This document shows positions 9,140 to 18,469 of a stretch of DNA of 64,000 nucleotides, piece by piece (positions within the stretch are counted from its first letter, which is position 1; every line of letters starts with the position of its first letter). The stretch is from Actinomycetota bacterium. Its GTDB lineage: Bacteria > Actinomycetota > Actinomycetes > Nanopelagicales > Nanopelagicaceae. Position numbers and translations under genes: made by a program. Below the pieces are notes generated by a model, which did not search any database, had not been told where the DNA came from, and saw nothing but the letters and a program-made list of their open reading frames with translations. The stretch covers positions 1,317-65,316 of the forward strand of contig VGBW01000007.1 in NCBI GenBank assembly GCA_016870365.1. The letters are read 5' to 3'.

Positions 9140-9928
9140 ATGAGCCAATTACTTCAATCAGAGCTTCGTAAGTTGACCTATCTCAGGGCCAATTGGCTCC
9201 TGCTGCTTTGGAGCGGGTTATTTGCTGCCCTGGGAACGGTCGCCCCGATCATGATCCTGAATTCAGATGAGAACCGACTCTCGGGTGGATTCTCCGGCAC
9301 TAGCACTCCCGAGGGAATCAATGCTGTTTTTGCCAACGCTGCCAGCGGATACCTCTTTGCTCTGATTCTTGGAATATTGATTATGACTAATGAATATCGC
9401 CATGGCACAGCAGTCGGAACCTTCTTGGTGACTCCCAAACGCAGCACCGTCCTACTTGCTAAGTTGATGGCAGCAAGCATGGCAGGGCTGGTAGTCCAAC
9501 TCTTCTCATTCCTCATGGCCATAACTTCAGGCTTTATCGCACTTACCTTCTTTGAGCCTCATGCCCCAGTGGCAGCAGAGCTGCTCTTCAAAGTATTTCG
9601 AGCCGCAGCCATTTCAGGCCTAGTTCTGGGGATCGTTGGAGTTGGAATCGGCGCGCTTATCAGGAATCAGATAGCAGCCGTTACTGGCGCGGTGATCTGG
9701 ACTCTTATTGTTGAGGGCTTGGTCGTCGCCTTTGTTGACTCAATTGGAAAGTATCTGCCCGCAGGAGCTATTACTGGCCTAGTAGATGTTGATTTTGGGA
9801 AGAATGACTTTAACTTCAGTATCGATAACTACTTAACCCCCGGGCCGGCAACCCTTGTACTCTTGGGCTATGCGGCGTTATTTTCACTGATCGCGATGAG
9901 AACAACACTGCGTCGCGATCTAGATTAG
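9140..9928 (+). CDS. ABC-2 family transporter permease
   Basis: 262 aa with 6 predicted TM segments, lying immediately after the ATPase gene. Confidence 0.8.
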   Translation: MSQLLQSELRKLTYLRANWLLLLWSGLFAALGTVAPIMILNSDENRLSGGFSGTSTPEGINAVFANAASGYLFALILGILIMTNEYRHGTAVGTFLVTPKRSTVLLAKLMAASMAGLVVQLFSFLMAITSGFIALTFFEPHAPVAAELLFKVFRAAAISGLVLGIVGVGIGALIRNQIAAVTGAVIWTLIVEGLVVAFVDSIGKYLPAGAITGLVDVDFGKNDFNFSIDNYLTPGPATLVLLGYAALFSLIAMRTTLRRDLD

Positions 9929-9937
9929 GAGTAAAAA

Positions 9938-10381
9938 ATGTCTAAAGAAGTCTTCGCTACTTATCTAGATGATGTTGCAAGAGTTCAAGAATTCTATAGC
10001 GCATTCTCATCAAGACTTGATAATGTGCCAAGCGATGGTGGCTGGAGCGCATCGCAGTGCCTGGCTCATATCTGTGATACTGAGATTTCACTATCGCTTC
10101 GAGTGCGAATGATTCTAACTAGCGATAACTACCGGTTCTCAGCTTGGGATGAAGACGCCGTTGCTGCTATTAAGAAGGATAGAGATGCAAAAACAAGCGT
10201 TGAGACTTTTGCAGCCCTTCGCCGAAATAATCTTGATCTGCTTACTAGCCTTTCTTCTGATAAATTAGAGCGCCTAGGGGTAAGGGCAAATGGTAAGTCA
10301 ATTAAATTAATTGATTACCTTGCCTATATGTCCAAACACATTAAAGCTCATCTGGAGCAAGCAGTAGTGGCTAGTTCGTAG
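9938..10381 (+). CDS. DinB family protein
   Basis: 147 aa. The stretch CLAHICDTEISLSLRVRMIL and a C-terminal H..H pattern fit the DinB_2-like family. Confidence 0.75.
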   Translation: MSKEVFATYLDDVARVQEFYSAFSSRLDNVPSDGGWSASQCLAHICDTEISLSLRVRMILTSDNYRFSAWDEDAVAAIKKDRDAKTSVETFAALRRNNLDLLTSLSSDKLERLGVRANGKSIKLIDYLAYMSKHIKAHLEQAVVASS

Positions 10382-10397
10382 AAGAGTCGATAGAGAT

Positions 10398-11558
10398 ATG
10401 GAGCTAGCAGCCTCTCTAAGCCCTCGAGATGGCTTGGTCCTTGGTGAGTTAGGCATGGTACTAATCGCCCTAGGCATTGCGGCATATATCGCCTCAAAGA
10501 TACGACTCTCAGTTGTTCCAATATTTCTATTTGCAGGCTTGGCCTTTGGCGATGGCGGAGTGATTGCCTTAGATCTAAGCGATGAATTCTTAGATCTTGG
10601 AGCTCAGTGGGGAGCAATCCTCTTGCTTCTCTTCTTGGGTCTGGAGTACTCCTCACAAGAGTTGTTTGCCTCGGTAAAGACGCGTCGCTCCCTGGGAGCA
10701 ATTGACCTAGTTTTGAATTTCCTTCCAGGTGCGCTATTTGCAATCCTTTTAGGTTGGGGGGCGCTAGGAGCGCTAACTCTTGGGGGAATTACCTATGTCT
10801 CATCCTCTGGAATTGCCTCGCAGTTTATTAAGGATTCCAGGCTTGAGACCATGCAATCAACCAAGCGAGCGATATCTGTCTTGGTTATTGAAGATCTATT
10901 CCTAGCGCCGTACCTGCCTGTCCTAAGCGCTCTACTAGCTGCACTAGGTTTTCTTTCGGGTCTAATCTCTATCTCGGTAGCGCTAGTTATTACTGGAATA
11001 GTTCTATTAATTGGCGCAAGGGGGATTCAGGTGCCTCATGGACCTCATGTAATGGGAGATTCGGCGACGCTCCTGCTGACCGTATTTGGTTCAGCACTTC
11101 TTGCCTCTGGGGTGGCAACATACTTTGGTTTCTCAGGAGCGGTAGCAGCCTTCCTAGTGGGATTACTTCTTACTGGAGATGTAGCTATTGTCGCTCGTAT
11201 CAGACTTGCACCTTTAAGAGATCTATTCTCAGCTATCTTCTTTCTCTTCTTTGGGCTGAGCACAAATCCTGCCGATATCCCTGGCGTCTTACTTCCTGCC
11301 ATCTTGCTGACAATTGTGGGGGTTTTGAGCAAGTTAGCTACAGCTTGGTGGGCGGTCAAGGATCTCGATGAGGTTGGGGCAACTTGGAGGACTGCGGCCC
11401 TGCTCATTCCACGAGGAGAATTCTCCATGGTAATTGCGGGCCTGGCGGCCACAACAGTTTTTGCCATTGAACTCCAAGCACTCACTCTTACCTATGTGAT
11501 TCTAACTACCTTGATCTCATCACTGATTAGCAGAGCGACTAAATCCAATAATCCCTAG
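10398..11558 (+). CDS. Cation:proton antiporter (CPA2/Kef-like membrane domain)
   Basis: 386 aa with 10 or more TM segments. FLFAGLAFG, FLGLEYS and IPRGEFS are motifs typical of Na+/H+ exchanger family proteins. Confidence 0.8.
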   Translation: MELAASLSPRDGLVLGELGMVLIALGIAAYIASKIRLSVVPIFLFAGLAFGDGGVIALDLSDEFLDLGAQWGAILLLLFLGLEYSSQELFASVKTRRSLGAIDLVLNFLPGALFAILLGWGALGALTLGGITYVSSSGIASQFIKDSRLETMQSTKRAISVLVIEDLFLAPYLPVLSALLAALGFLSGLISISVALVITGIVLLIGARGIQVPHGPHVMGDSATLLLTVFGSALLASGVATYFGFSGAVAAFLVGLLLTGDVAIVARIRLAPLRDLFSAIFFLFFGLSTNPADIPGVLLPAILLTIVGVLSKLATAWWAVKDLDEVGATWRTAALLIPRGEFSMVIAGLAATTVFAIELQALTLTYVILTTLISSLISRATKSNNP

Positions 11559-12481
11559 AGACTAGCCCAGCCCTTATTTTCAAATTGCTGCCAGGAGCTC
11601 TTTACTTTAAAACCAACCTTTTCATAGAGTCGAAGGGCTCCTGACTCATTTCCGGCATCTACCTCTAGCTCAATAGATTTGCGCCCTATGGATGAGTAAT
11701 AGGCAAGGGCCCAATCAAGCATCAACTTTCCATAACCTTTTCCTTGTTCGCTTTGAATAACGCCAAGGCCATCAACAAAGCCTGCATCGACATCTTTCTT
11801 GATATCGCTACATATGACAAAACCAACTGGCTTGCCCTCAGCGTAGAGAACCCAACGTGCATCAAGATCTATTCCAACAGCCCCATCCATCATCGCTTCC
11901 CACTCATCAAATGGCCGAGGAACAAAGCCAAAATGCTTGCTAAAGGAGTCTTGATGAGTAGTCCACCAAACCTTCTTTTCGCCCTGGCCTACAAGGCGCA
12001 TCTCAACTCCACTAGTAAGTTCAGGAAGCGCCTGCTCACCTATATCGGCTTTTAGTCCCCAATAGGTTCGAAGCAGGCTGAAGCCAAATCCGCTCAATGC
12101 CTGGATATATTTCCGATCTTTTGCATCTGCACCAATCCAGAGATCAAATTCTTTTTTCAATCCTTTGGCAATACCTAAAGTGATTTCAATGCTCTGCCTT
12201 TCAAGATCGGCCCCAGGTCTTTGCCAGGTGTCGGCGTAGATTCTCTTTCGAGAATTATCTGGATGCAGGGTGATAAAGGCTTGAGCCTTGCCACTTGGCT
12301 TATCAATTATTTTGCGAGCCTCAACTGAATCTACATAGCCATTGAGAATTTCCTCAGCCTCAATGGCGCCCACCAAGTCGGCCCCTGGAGTAAAGTGTTG
12401 ATCGCGAAGGCTCATGATTTCGGCAAGGCTTGCAGCGTCTTGAAGGGTCGCTAACTCAAGGCTTAACCCTGCAGGAATCAC
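11555..12481 (-). CDS. Two-domain GNAT acetyltransferase (MshD-like architecture)
   Basis: 308 aa with a GTG start. The C-terminal domain carries GLGVIQSEQGKGYGKLML and ALRLYEKVGFK. The N-terminal half looks like a second, degenerate GNAT fold. Confidence 0.7.
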   Translation of the reverse strand: MIPAGLSLELATLQDAASLAEIMSLRDQHFTPGADLVGAIEAEEILNGYVDSVEARKIIDKPSGKAQAFITLHPDNSRKRIYADTWQRPGADLERQSIEITLGIAKGLKKEFDLWIGADAKDRKYIQALSGFGFSLLRTYWGLKADIGEQALPELTSGVEMRLVGQGEKKVWWTTHQDSFSKHFGFVPRPFDEWEAMMDGAVGIDLDARWVLYAEGKPVGFVICSDIKKDVDAGFVDGLGVIQSEQGKGYGKLMLDWALAYYSSIGRKSIELEVDAGNESGALRLYEKVGFKVKSSWQQFENKGWASL

Positions 12482-12503
12482 GCTTTTATCCTACTATCGT
12501 TCT

Positions 12504-13013
12504 GTGAGAAAGGTAGCGCTCATTGTTCTGGTTGCCTTGCTAAGCGGATGTGCTACTGGCGATAGCTCGAACACTTCATTCAGCGCAGATGATCAATTGT
12601 TTGCTGCCATGATGATTCCTCATCACCAGCAAGCTATTGAGATGTCAGATCTGGCGCTAGGTAATTCAACAGATCCAGAAATCATTGCCTTAGCTCAAGA
12701 GATAAAAGCTGCACAAGGTCCTGAGATTGAGCAGATGAAGAGTTGGGGTTCATCACACATGGGATCCCACGCCGGACATATGATGGATGAGGGAATGCTC
12801 TCAGATGATGAGATGGCTCAACTAAAGAGCTCTAAGAGAGCAGAGTTTGATCGCCTATTTCTTGAAGGGATGATTAAGCATCATCAAGGAGCAATTGAAA
12901 TGGCGGATATGATTCTTGACTCGATGAACCAGCAAGCCGTATCTCTGGGTAAAAGCATTGTTGAATCACAGAACGCAGAAATCGCCAGAATGAGGCAATT
13001 ACTACGCCGTTGA
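12504..13013 (+). CDS. DUF305-family lipoprotein
   Basis: Lipobox LLSGC. The HH motifs are duplicated (MMIPHHQQAIEMS and MIKHHQGAIEMA), as is characteristic of DUF305. Confidence 0.85.
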   Translation: MRKVALIVLVALLSGCATGDSSNTSFSADDQLFAAMMIPHHQQAIEMSDLALGNSTDPEIIALAQEIKAAQGPEIEQMKSWGSSHMGSHAGHMMDEGMLSDDEMAQLKSSKRAEFDRLFLEGMIKHHQGAIEMADMILDSMNQQAVSLGKSIVESQNAEIARMRQLLRR

Positions 13014-13055
13014 TTGAACAGCTGAGTGAAGAAAGAGCTTAGATAGCATGGGGGT

Positions 13056-13706
13056 ATGAGTAGCCAGAGCCTCTACCATCGCAGCCTCTATCCCATAATT
13101 GCTGCGGTTTTCTGCGCGCTGTTATTGATTTCAAATATTGGAGCGACAAAATTCATTGATTTTGGCTTTATTAAGACTGATGGGGGAGCCTTTTTATTTC
13201 CTCTGGTTTATATCTTGGGCGATATTCTTACCGAAGTTTATGGATTTAAGGCGGCAAGGCGCGTGATCTATACGGGCTTTGGGCTTGGAGCGCTTGCAGG
13301 CCTTGCCTTCTGGTTAGTACAAATCGCCCCAGCTGCCTCTGATTGGCCAAACCAAGGAGCATTTGAATCAATCCTTGGCTTTGTTCCACAGATCGTGATG
13401 GCAAGCATAACCGCTTTTCTTCTTGGGCAATTAGCTAACTCCTGGACTCTGGTAAAAATTAAGAAAATCACCAAGGAGAAGAAACTTTGGGCCAGATTAA
13501 TTGGCTCAACAGCAGTGGGTGAGTTGGTAGATACCATCGTCTTTACCATGATCGCATCTCTTGGTCGCTTGAGCTTTGATGAGTTCTTAAATTACTTGGT
13601 AGTGGGCTACCTCTATAAGACATTGGTTGAGGTAGCACTTCTTCCAATTACTTATCCAGTAATTGCCTATGTCAAAAAGCGTGAGGTAGAGGCAGCGGTC
13701 AGCTAA
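13056..13706 (+). CDS. yhhQ: Queuosine-precursor transporter (YhhQ/Vut_1 family)
   Basis: The motif FPLVYILGDILTEVYGFKAARRVI and six TM segments. It is convergent with tgt and overlaps it by 4 nt. Confidence 0.85.
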   Translation: MSSQSLYHRSLYPIIAAVFCALLLISNIGATKFIDFGFIKTDGGAFLFPLVYILGDILTEVYGFKAARRVIYTGFGLGALAGLAFWLVQIAPAASDWPNQGAFESILGFVPQIVMASITAFLLGQLANSWTLVKIKKITKEKKLWARLIGSTAVGELVDTIVFTMIASLGRLSFDEFLNYLVVGYLYKTLVEVALLPITYPVIAYVKKREVEAAVS

Positions 13707-14929
13707 TCCAGAATTCTAGTCTGGTACTTTGCTAGAAAATCATTCTTATATTCCAAAAAGTTTGCATCAAGGATAGCCTGATGCATCCGATCAACTAGCC
13801 TTACCGTAAATGCAAGGTTATGAATGGTTGCCAGAGTTGATGCTAGCATTTCTTTAGCTCTAAAGAGATGATTTAGATAGGCCCTGGTGAAATTGCTACA
13901 GGTGTAGCACTTACAATCTTTATCAAGGGGCGAGAAGTCTCTTTTGTAAGTGGCAGATGAAACATTAAAGCGACCGTTTTGGCTATAAACCGCGCTAGTT
14001 CTAGCTTCCCTTGAAGGAGCGACGCAATCAAAGGTATCGGCGCCATTTTCCACTCCAGCAAAGAGATCTGCCGGCTCACCGATTCCCAGCAAATGACGCG
14101 GTTTATTCGTAGGCAATTCAGAGCTCATCCAAGAAACTATCTGGCCCAAGGATGCCTTATCAAGCGCTCCGCCGATTCCAAATCCATCAAATGAAATCCC
14201 TGAAGAACTCATCGTCGACAAATCTTTCGCCGCTTTTCTCCTCAAGTCTTCATATTGGGCTCCTTGCAGGACCCCGAAAAGGGCCTGATAGGGCTTATCA
14301 CTTCGAAGTTCTGTTAAGCGCTTATGTTCATCAAGGCAGCGAATCGCCCAGAGCCTGGTTCGCTCCAGTGATTGCTCCTGGTATTTTCTGGTGTTATGCA
14401 AAGTTGTTAGCTCATCAAAGGCAAAAATAATATCTGCGCCAATCTGATGCTGTACTTTCATCGAGATCTCTGGAGTAAAACGATGCATAGCTCCATCAAG
14501 GTGAGACTTAAAAGTCACTCCTGCATCATCAACATGAGCCAATCGCTCTTTGCTCTCTGCCATTGCTTCATCTGAATCAAGGGAGCCAAGGCTCATATCA
14601 ATAACTTTTTTAAAGCCTGCTCCAAGTGACATCACTTGAAATCCACCGCTATCGGTGAAAGTTGGTTTGCTCCAATTCATGAACTTTCCAAGGCCGCCTG
14701 CTTGATCTAAGGTCTCAGGTCCTGGCTGGAGATATAAGTGGTAAGCATTTGCAAGAAGTGCTTGCGCGCCAAGATCTGAAATAGCTTCAGGGGCAAGTGA
14801 TCTAACGCTTGCCTTAGTGCCCACTGGAATGAAGGCAGGAGTTGCAATCTGGCCATGGGGAGTTGCAATCACCCCAGCTCTGCCAAGTTGGCCTGGAATA
14901 TCTTTAACTACTTCAAATGAGAAAGACAT
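13703..14929 (-). CDS. tgt: tRNA-guanine transglycosylase (queuine tRNA-ribosyltransferase)
   Basis: Motifs TPAFIPVGT, FTDSGGFQV, LFGVLQGAQYEDLR and GFGIGG, plus the Zn site CKCYTC...H. I chose the ATG at 14929 (MSFSFEV...). The track start is the GTG at 14947. Confidence 0.92.
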   Translation of the reverse strand: MSFSFEVVKDIPGQLGRAGVIATPHGQIATPAFIPVGTKASVRSLAPEAISDLGAQALLANAYHLYLQPGPETLDQAGGLGKFMNWSKPTFTDSGGFQVMSLGAGFKKVIDMSLGSLDSDEAMAESKERLAHVDDAGVTFKSHLDGAMHRFTPEISMKVQHQIGADIIFAFDELTTLHNTRKYQEQSLERTRLWAIRCLDEHKRLTELRSDKPYQALFGVLQGAQYEDLRRKAAKDLSTMSSSGISFDGFGIGGALDKASLGQIVSWMSSELPTNKPRHLLGIGEPADLFAGVENGADTFDCVAPSREARTSAVYSQNGRFNVSSATYKRDFSPLDKDCKCYTCSNFTRAYLNHLFRAKEMLASTLATIHNLAFTVRLVDRMHQAILDANFLEYKNDFLAKYQTRILD

Positions 14930-14985
14930 AGCGCTCAATTCAACCACTGATTAAGGATGACAAGTGGCTGAGATAAGGTTTTCAA

Positions 14986-16308
14986 GTGAGGCGTAAAGAG
15001 AAGAAGAGCGCAAAGCTAGGCAAGAATTACTGGCGCCTCTTTAGCGCTCATGCGATAAGTAATCTTGGCGATGGAGTAGCAGCTATCGCCTATCCCTGGC
15101 TAGCTTCTGCGGTGACCCGCTCACCTTTCCTAATCGCTCTAGTAGCAGTGGCCTCAAGGCTCCCTTGGTTGATTTTCACACTCCCAGCCGGGGTGATTAC
15201 CGATCGCTTCAATCGCGGCAAAATCATCGTAGCTATGGATATTGCCCGAGGGGGCCTAGCTCTGTTGGTAGCAATTGTGGTCACCCTTGAGGCCAAATCA
15301 CTTCCGGAATTAGATGAAGTTGCATCCCTTACCGCTCTTGAGACCAATTGGACCCTTTATATAGTGTTGATAGTTACCGCGCTATTATTTGGTTTTGCTG
15401 AAGTGCTTCGTGATAACAGCGCTCAAACTCTTCTTCCCTCTGTGGTTGAAAAAGAGAAGCTAGAGAGCGCTAATGGAAAACTCTGGTCAGTTGAGTATGT
15501 GACTAGTAGTTTTGTAGGACCTCCCCTTGGAAGCTTTCTCCTCGGCGTGGCAATCTTTCTTCCCTTTTATTTTGACTCAGCAACATTTTTCATTTCAGCA
15601 GCTCTTGTTGCGACATTAATTCCTTCTCTTAGGAGAGTTGATACTGAGAAGAAGGGTGAAGAGATCAATCTTAGAGCTGAGATCAAAGAAGGTTTCACCT
15701 GGCTTTGGAGCCATGACTTACTTCGTCCCATGGCTTTGATTCTTGGCACTTTGAATGCAATAGGTGCCCTGACGGCTGCAGTTTTTATTTTGTTTGCTCA
15801 AGAAATATTGGAGACCTCACTCTTAGTATTTGCAATTCTAGGAACTGCAGGAGCAGTAGGAGGAAGCCTGGGGGGAATATTGGGTCCTAAGATCTCAAAG
15901 AAATTAGGAAGTGGTCCCTCTCTTTATCTAACTCTGCTTAGTGGCCCAATCATTAGCTTGATCATTGGCTTAAGCTCCTCTTGGCAGCTTTTCTATCTAT
16001 TGACAGCAATCTCGACAGTATTTGCAGTGCTATGGAATGTGATTACAGTTTCACTTCGCCAGAGCATCATTCCCAGCCAGCTTCTTGGTCGGGTAAATAG
16101 CGTCTATCGCTTCTTTGGCTGGGGCAGTATTCCGATCGGTTCTCTGCTTGGAGGAGTTCTAGTTGATCTAATTGAGCTTGCCGGTGATAGAGAAATCGCT
16201 CTTCGCTCTCCCTACTTTCTAGCAGCCCTCTTAGGATTTGGCCTATTGATTTTTGCCGCCCCAAGGCTGACTACTGCAAAGATCGAGGCGGCAAGAGGCC
16301 TCATCTAA
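14986..16308 (+). CDS. MFS transporter
   Basis: 440 aa with 12 TM segments and the motif GVITDRFNRGKI in loop 2-3. Confidence 0.85.
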   Translation: MRRKEKKSAKLGKNYWRLFSAHAISNLGDGVAAIAYPWLASAVTRSPFLIALVAVASRLPWLIFTLPAGVITDRFNRGKIIVAMDIARGGLALLVAIVVTLEAKSLPELDEVASLTALETNWTLYIVLIVTALLFGFAEVLRDNSAQTLLPSVVEKEKLESANGKLWSVEYVTSSFVGPPLGSFLLGVAIFLPFYFDSATFFISAALVATLIPSLRRVDTEKKGEEINLRAEIKEGFTWLWSHDLLRPMALILGTLNAIGALTAAVFILFAQEILETSLLVFAILGTAGAVGGSLGGILGPKISKKLGSGPSLYLTLLSGPIISLIIGLSSSWQLFYLLTAISTVFAVLWNVITVSLRQSIIPSQLLGRVNSVYRFFGWGSIPIGSLLGGVLVDLIELAGDREIALRSPYFLAALLGFGLLIFAAPRLTTAKIEAARGLI

Positions 16309-16478
16309 GGGGTGATACAATTTCAAATGGGCAACCTGAGGTAACGAAATAGATATCTACTTAATCAGTATTTAAGAAAGACCTCAGGTACGATGCGCTT
16401 ATCTTGCTCTAAGGATGTGGAGGCGGGGGAAGTCAGCGTCTCACATCTGATCATCCATTTCTGACTTGAGGAGAAGTA

Positions 16479-18323
16479 ATGAAACTAACCCGAATTACCA
16501 AGGTAGCGATCGCCACTGCAGCTGCAGCAGGTCTTGCAGTTTCAGTGCTCTCTCCGGCGAACTCTGCAACTCGCTCAACTGTGGTACTTGTTACCAGCAA
16601 TCAGCTAACTGGCTTGAATCCAAGCGTTACCAATATGAACCTCACCTTCAACAGTGAGGTTGCATATATGCAAGGCTTTGGTTTCAACTATTACGACAAT
16701 GCGCCAAAGCTTGTTGAAAACAAGCTCTTTGGTTCATACAAGATCGTAAGCCAGAAGCCATTTAGAGTTCAGTACACCGTGAATAAGGGCAAAGTCTGGT
16801 CAGATGGAACACCAATTAACGGTGTTGATCTACTTCTTAGCCATGTCATTTGCTCCAGCTCTTATTCATTTACTGCAAAACTTGGAGACCCAACAGATAA
16901 TGAGGTAAGACCAGCATTTGATTCGCTCTGCTACGGCGGGAAATATGATTCACACCATGTTGGTCTTCCAGCGCTGTCAGCTGACAAGATGAGCGTCACA
17001 ATTGAATACGATGCCAAGATCCCTGATTGGGATATCACCGGCCCTGGACCATCACCGGTTCACACTCTGGTTCATCTTGCAGAGGGCAAGACTGGTCTGC
17101 AAAAGGCGGCTGCAAACCTCGCTGCTAAGGCAGAGTTTGAAAAAGCGTTCTATGACTACAACACCAAGTTGATGAGGCCTGCCGGAGAAATCTGGTCCAA
17201 GTCATACAACATCACAACTGTTGATAGCTCAACTAATCCATTGCTCCTTGTTGGTAATGGTGGCTACATCATCAAGAGCGCAATTACTGGTCAGTCGGTC
17301 ACTTTGGTGCTAAATCCAAAGCACGTGACTAACCCATCAGGACCTAAGACCAGTGGGGTGAAGACTGTGGTCTTCAGAGTTGTCGGCGATGGAACTGCTG
17401 CGGCTCAAGCGCTTCGTAATCAGGAAGTTGATATCTATCAAGGCCAACCAACTGCTGACTCGGTAAAGATTCTCTCTGAAATCCCAACTGCCAAGATCAT
17501 TGGTGGAGATCAAGCTGTTTATGAGCACATCGATCTAAAGGCCGGAACTGCTAACGGAGTTGCCGAGCCTTACACCGGTCCATTTGCTGGCGATAGCCAG
17601 AAGGCCCGTGACTTAAGAACTGCATTCTTGATGGCTTATCCTCGCGATGAAATCGTTGATAAGTTAATCAAGCCCATTAATCCCAAGGCTGTTCGCATGG
17701 ATTCGGTGCTACTGCTTCCAGGTGAGCCGGGATATGCCGATATGGTGAAAAACAGCGGCGTATCCAAATACACTAAGGGAACTCAGTCTGAGCGCGAGGC
17801 CGCAGCACTTGCAATAGTTCGCAAGCACTCGGCTACTGATGTCAAGATCAATATGCTCTGGGGACAACCATCTAATGCCCGTCGTGCATCTGAAGCACAA
17901 ATCGCAAAGGCAGCTCTTGCCCGCGCAGGATTTGATCTCAATGCTCCAGGCCGTTCTGGTTGGTCAAGCTATCTTGACTCCAGCGAATATGACGCACAGT
18001 TCTTTGCATGGGTGAAGTCAGCAATTACCCAAGAGGGTAACTCTGACATCTTCTACTCAGATGGCGGAAACAACCTAGTTGGATACAAGAACAAGACAGT
18101 CGATAAGGCTGTCGAGCTTCTTCGCGGCACGTTGCTCTCTGAGAAAGAGAAGCTCGCTCAATATCTAATCGTTGAGAAGGAGCTAATGAAGGATGCGATC
18201 ACCCTTCCTATATTCCAGCACCCAGGCGTCACTGCAGTAAACAAGAAGCTGCAGAACGTCAAGCCAAACCCACTATCACCACAGTTGGTCTGGAACTACT
18301 GGGAGTGGAAGTACTCAAAGTAA
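16479..18323 (+). CDS. ABC transporter substrate-binding protein, family 5 (peptide/nickel/opine type), paralog 1
   Basis: 614 aa. It has a Sec-type signal peptide (…SPANSA) without a lipobox Cys. It is clearly paralogous to 22083-23939 (shared GSYKIVS, VQYTV, WSDGTPI, LSADKMSV/LSADEMSV, VGNGG, YEHIDL/YEHVDL, YDAQFFAW/YDATFFAW). Confidence 0.9.
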   Translation: MKLTRITKVAIATAAAAGLAVSVLSPANSATRSTVVLVTSNQLTGLNPSVTNMNLTFNSEVAYMQGFGFNYYDNAPKLVENKLFGSYKIVSQKPFRVQYTVNKGKVWSDGTPINGVDLLLSHVICSSSYSFTAKLGDPTDNEVRPAFDSLCYGGKYDSHHVGLPALSADKMSVTIEYDAKIPDWDITGPGPSPVHTLVHLAEGKTGLQKAAANLAAKAEFEKAFYDYNTKLMRPAGEIWSKSYNITTVDSSTNPLLLVGNGGYIIKSAITGQSVTLVLNPKHVTNPSGPKTSGVKTVVFRVVGDGTAAAQALRNQEVDIYQGQPTADSVKILSEIPTAKIIGGDQAVYEHIDLKAGTANGVAEPYTGPFAGDSQKARDLRTAFLMAYPRDEIVDKLIKPINPKAVRMDSVLLLPGEPGYADMVKNSGVSKYTKGTQSEREAAALAIVRKHSATDVKINMLWGQPSNARRASEAQIAKAALARAGFDLNAPGRSGWSSYLDSSEYDAQFFAWVKSAITQEGNSDIFYSDGGNNLVGYKNKTVDKAVELLRGTLLSEKEKLAQYLIVEKELMKDAITLPIFQHPGVTAVNKKLQNVKPNPLSPQLVWNYWEWKYSK

Positions 18324-18394
18324 GGCTTAAGCCCTAATTTGAGTCAAAGCTCTCCTTGAGAGAGGTGAGTAAATAGCAGTAGTTCAAGTGGCAC

Positions 18395-18430
18395 CTGGTT
18401 AAAATCCCAGGTGCCACTTGAAACATGTAG
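18395..18430 (+). promoter_or_regulatory. Intercistronic perfect 14-bp stem-loop (no T-tract) after the SBP gene
   Basis: CAAGTGGCACCTGG-ttaaaatc-CCAGGTGCCACTTG is seen directly. It is followed by a GAAGGAGG SD and the TTG start of the permease. Confidence 0.5.
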
Positions 18431-18469
18431 CGCCCAACTTGATAAGAGCGTATTGAAGGAGGCTGGGAG

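Noticed and set aside
11045-11485. Long antisense ORFs inside well-supported genes. Examples are 11045-11485, 9178-9522, 22975-23286, 47606-47914, 5823-6143 and 10348-10743.
   Set aside because: All lie opposite genes with strong family signatures and have Arg/Ser/Pro-biased, low-complexity translations typical of shadow ORFs.
13014-13055. A preQ1 riboswitch upstream of yhhQ.
   Set aside because: The spacer is only 42 nt and lacks the A-rich tail and the conserved preQ1-I core. Only a trivial 4-bp palindrome is present.
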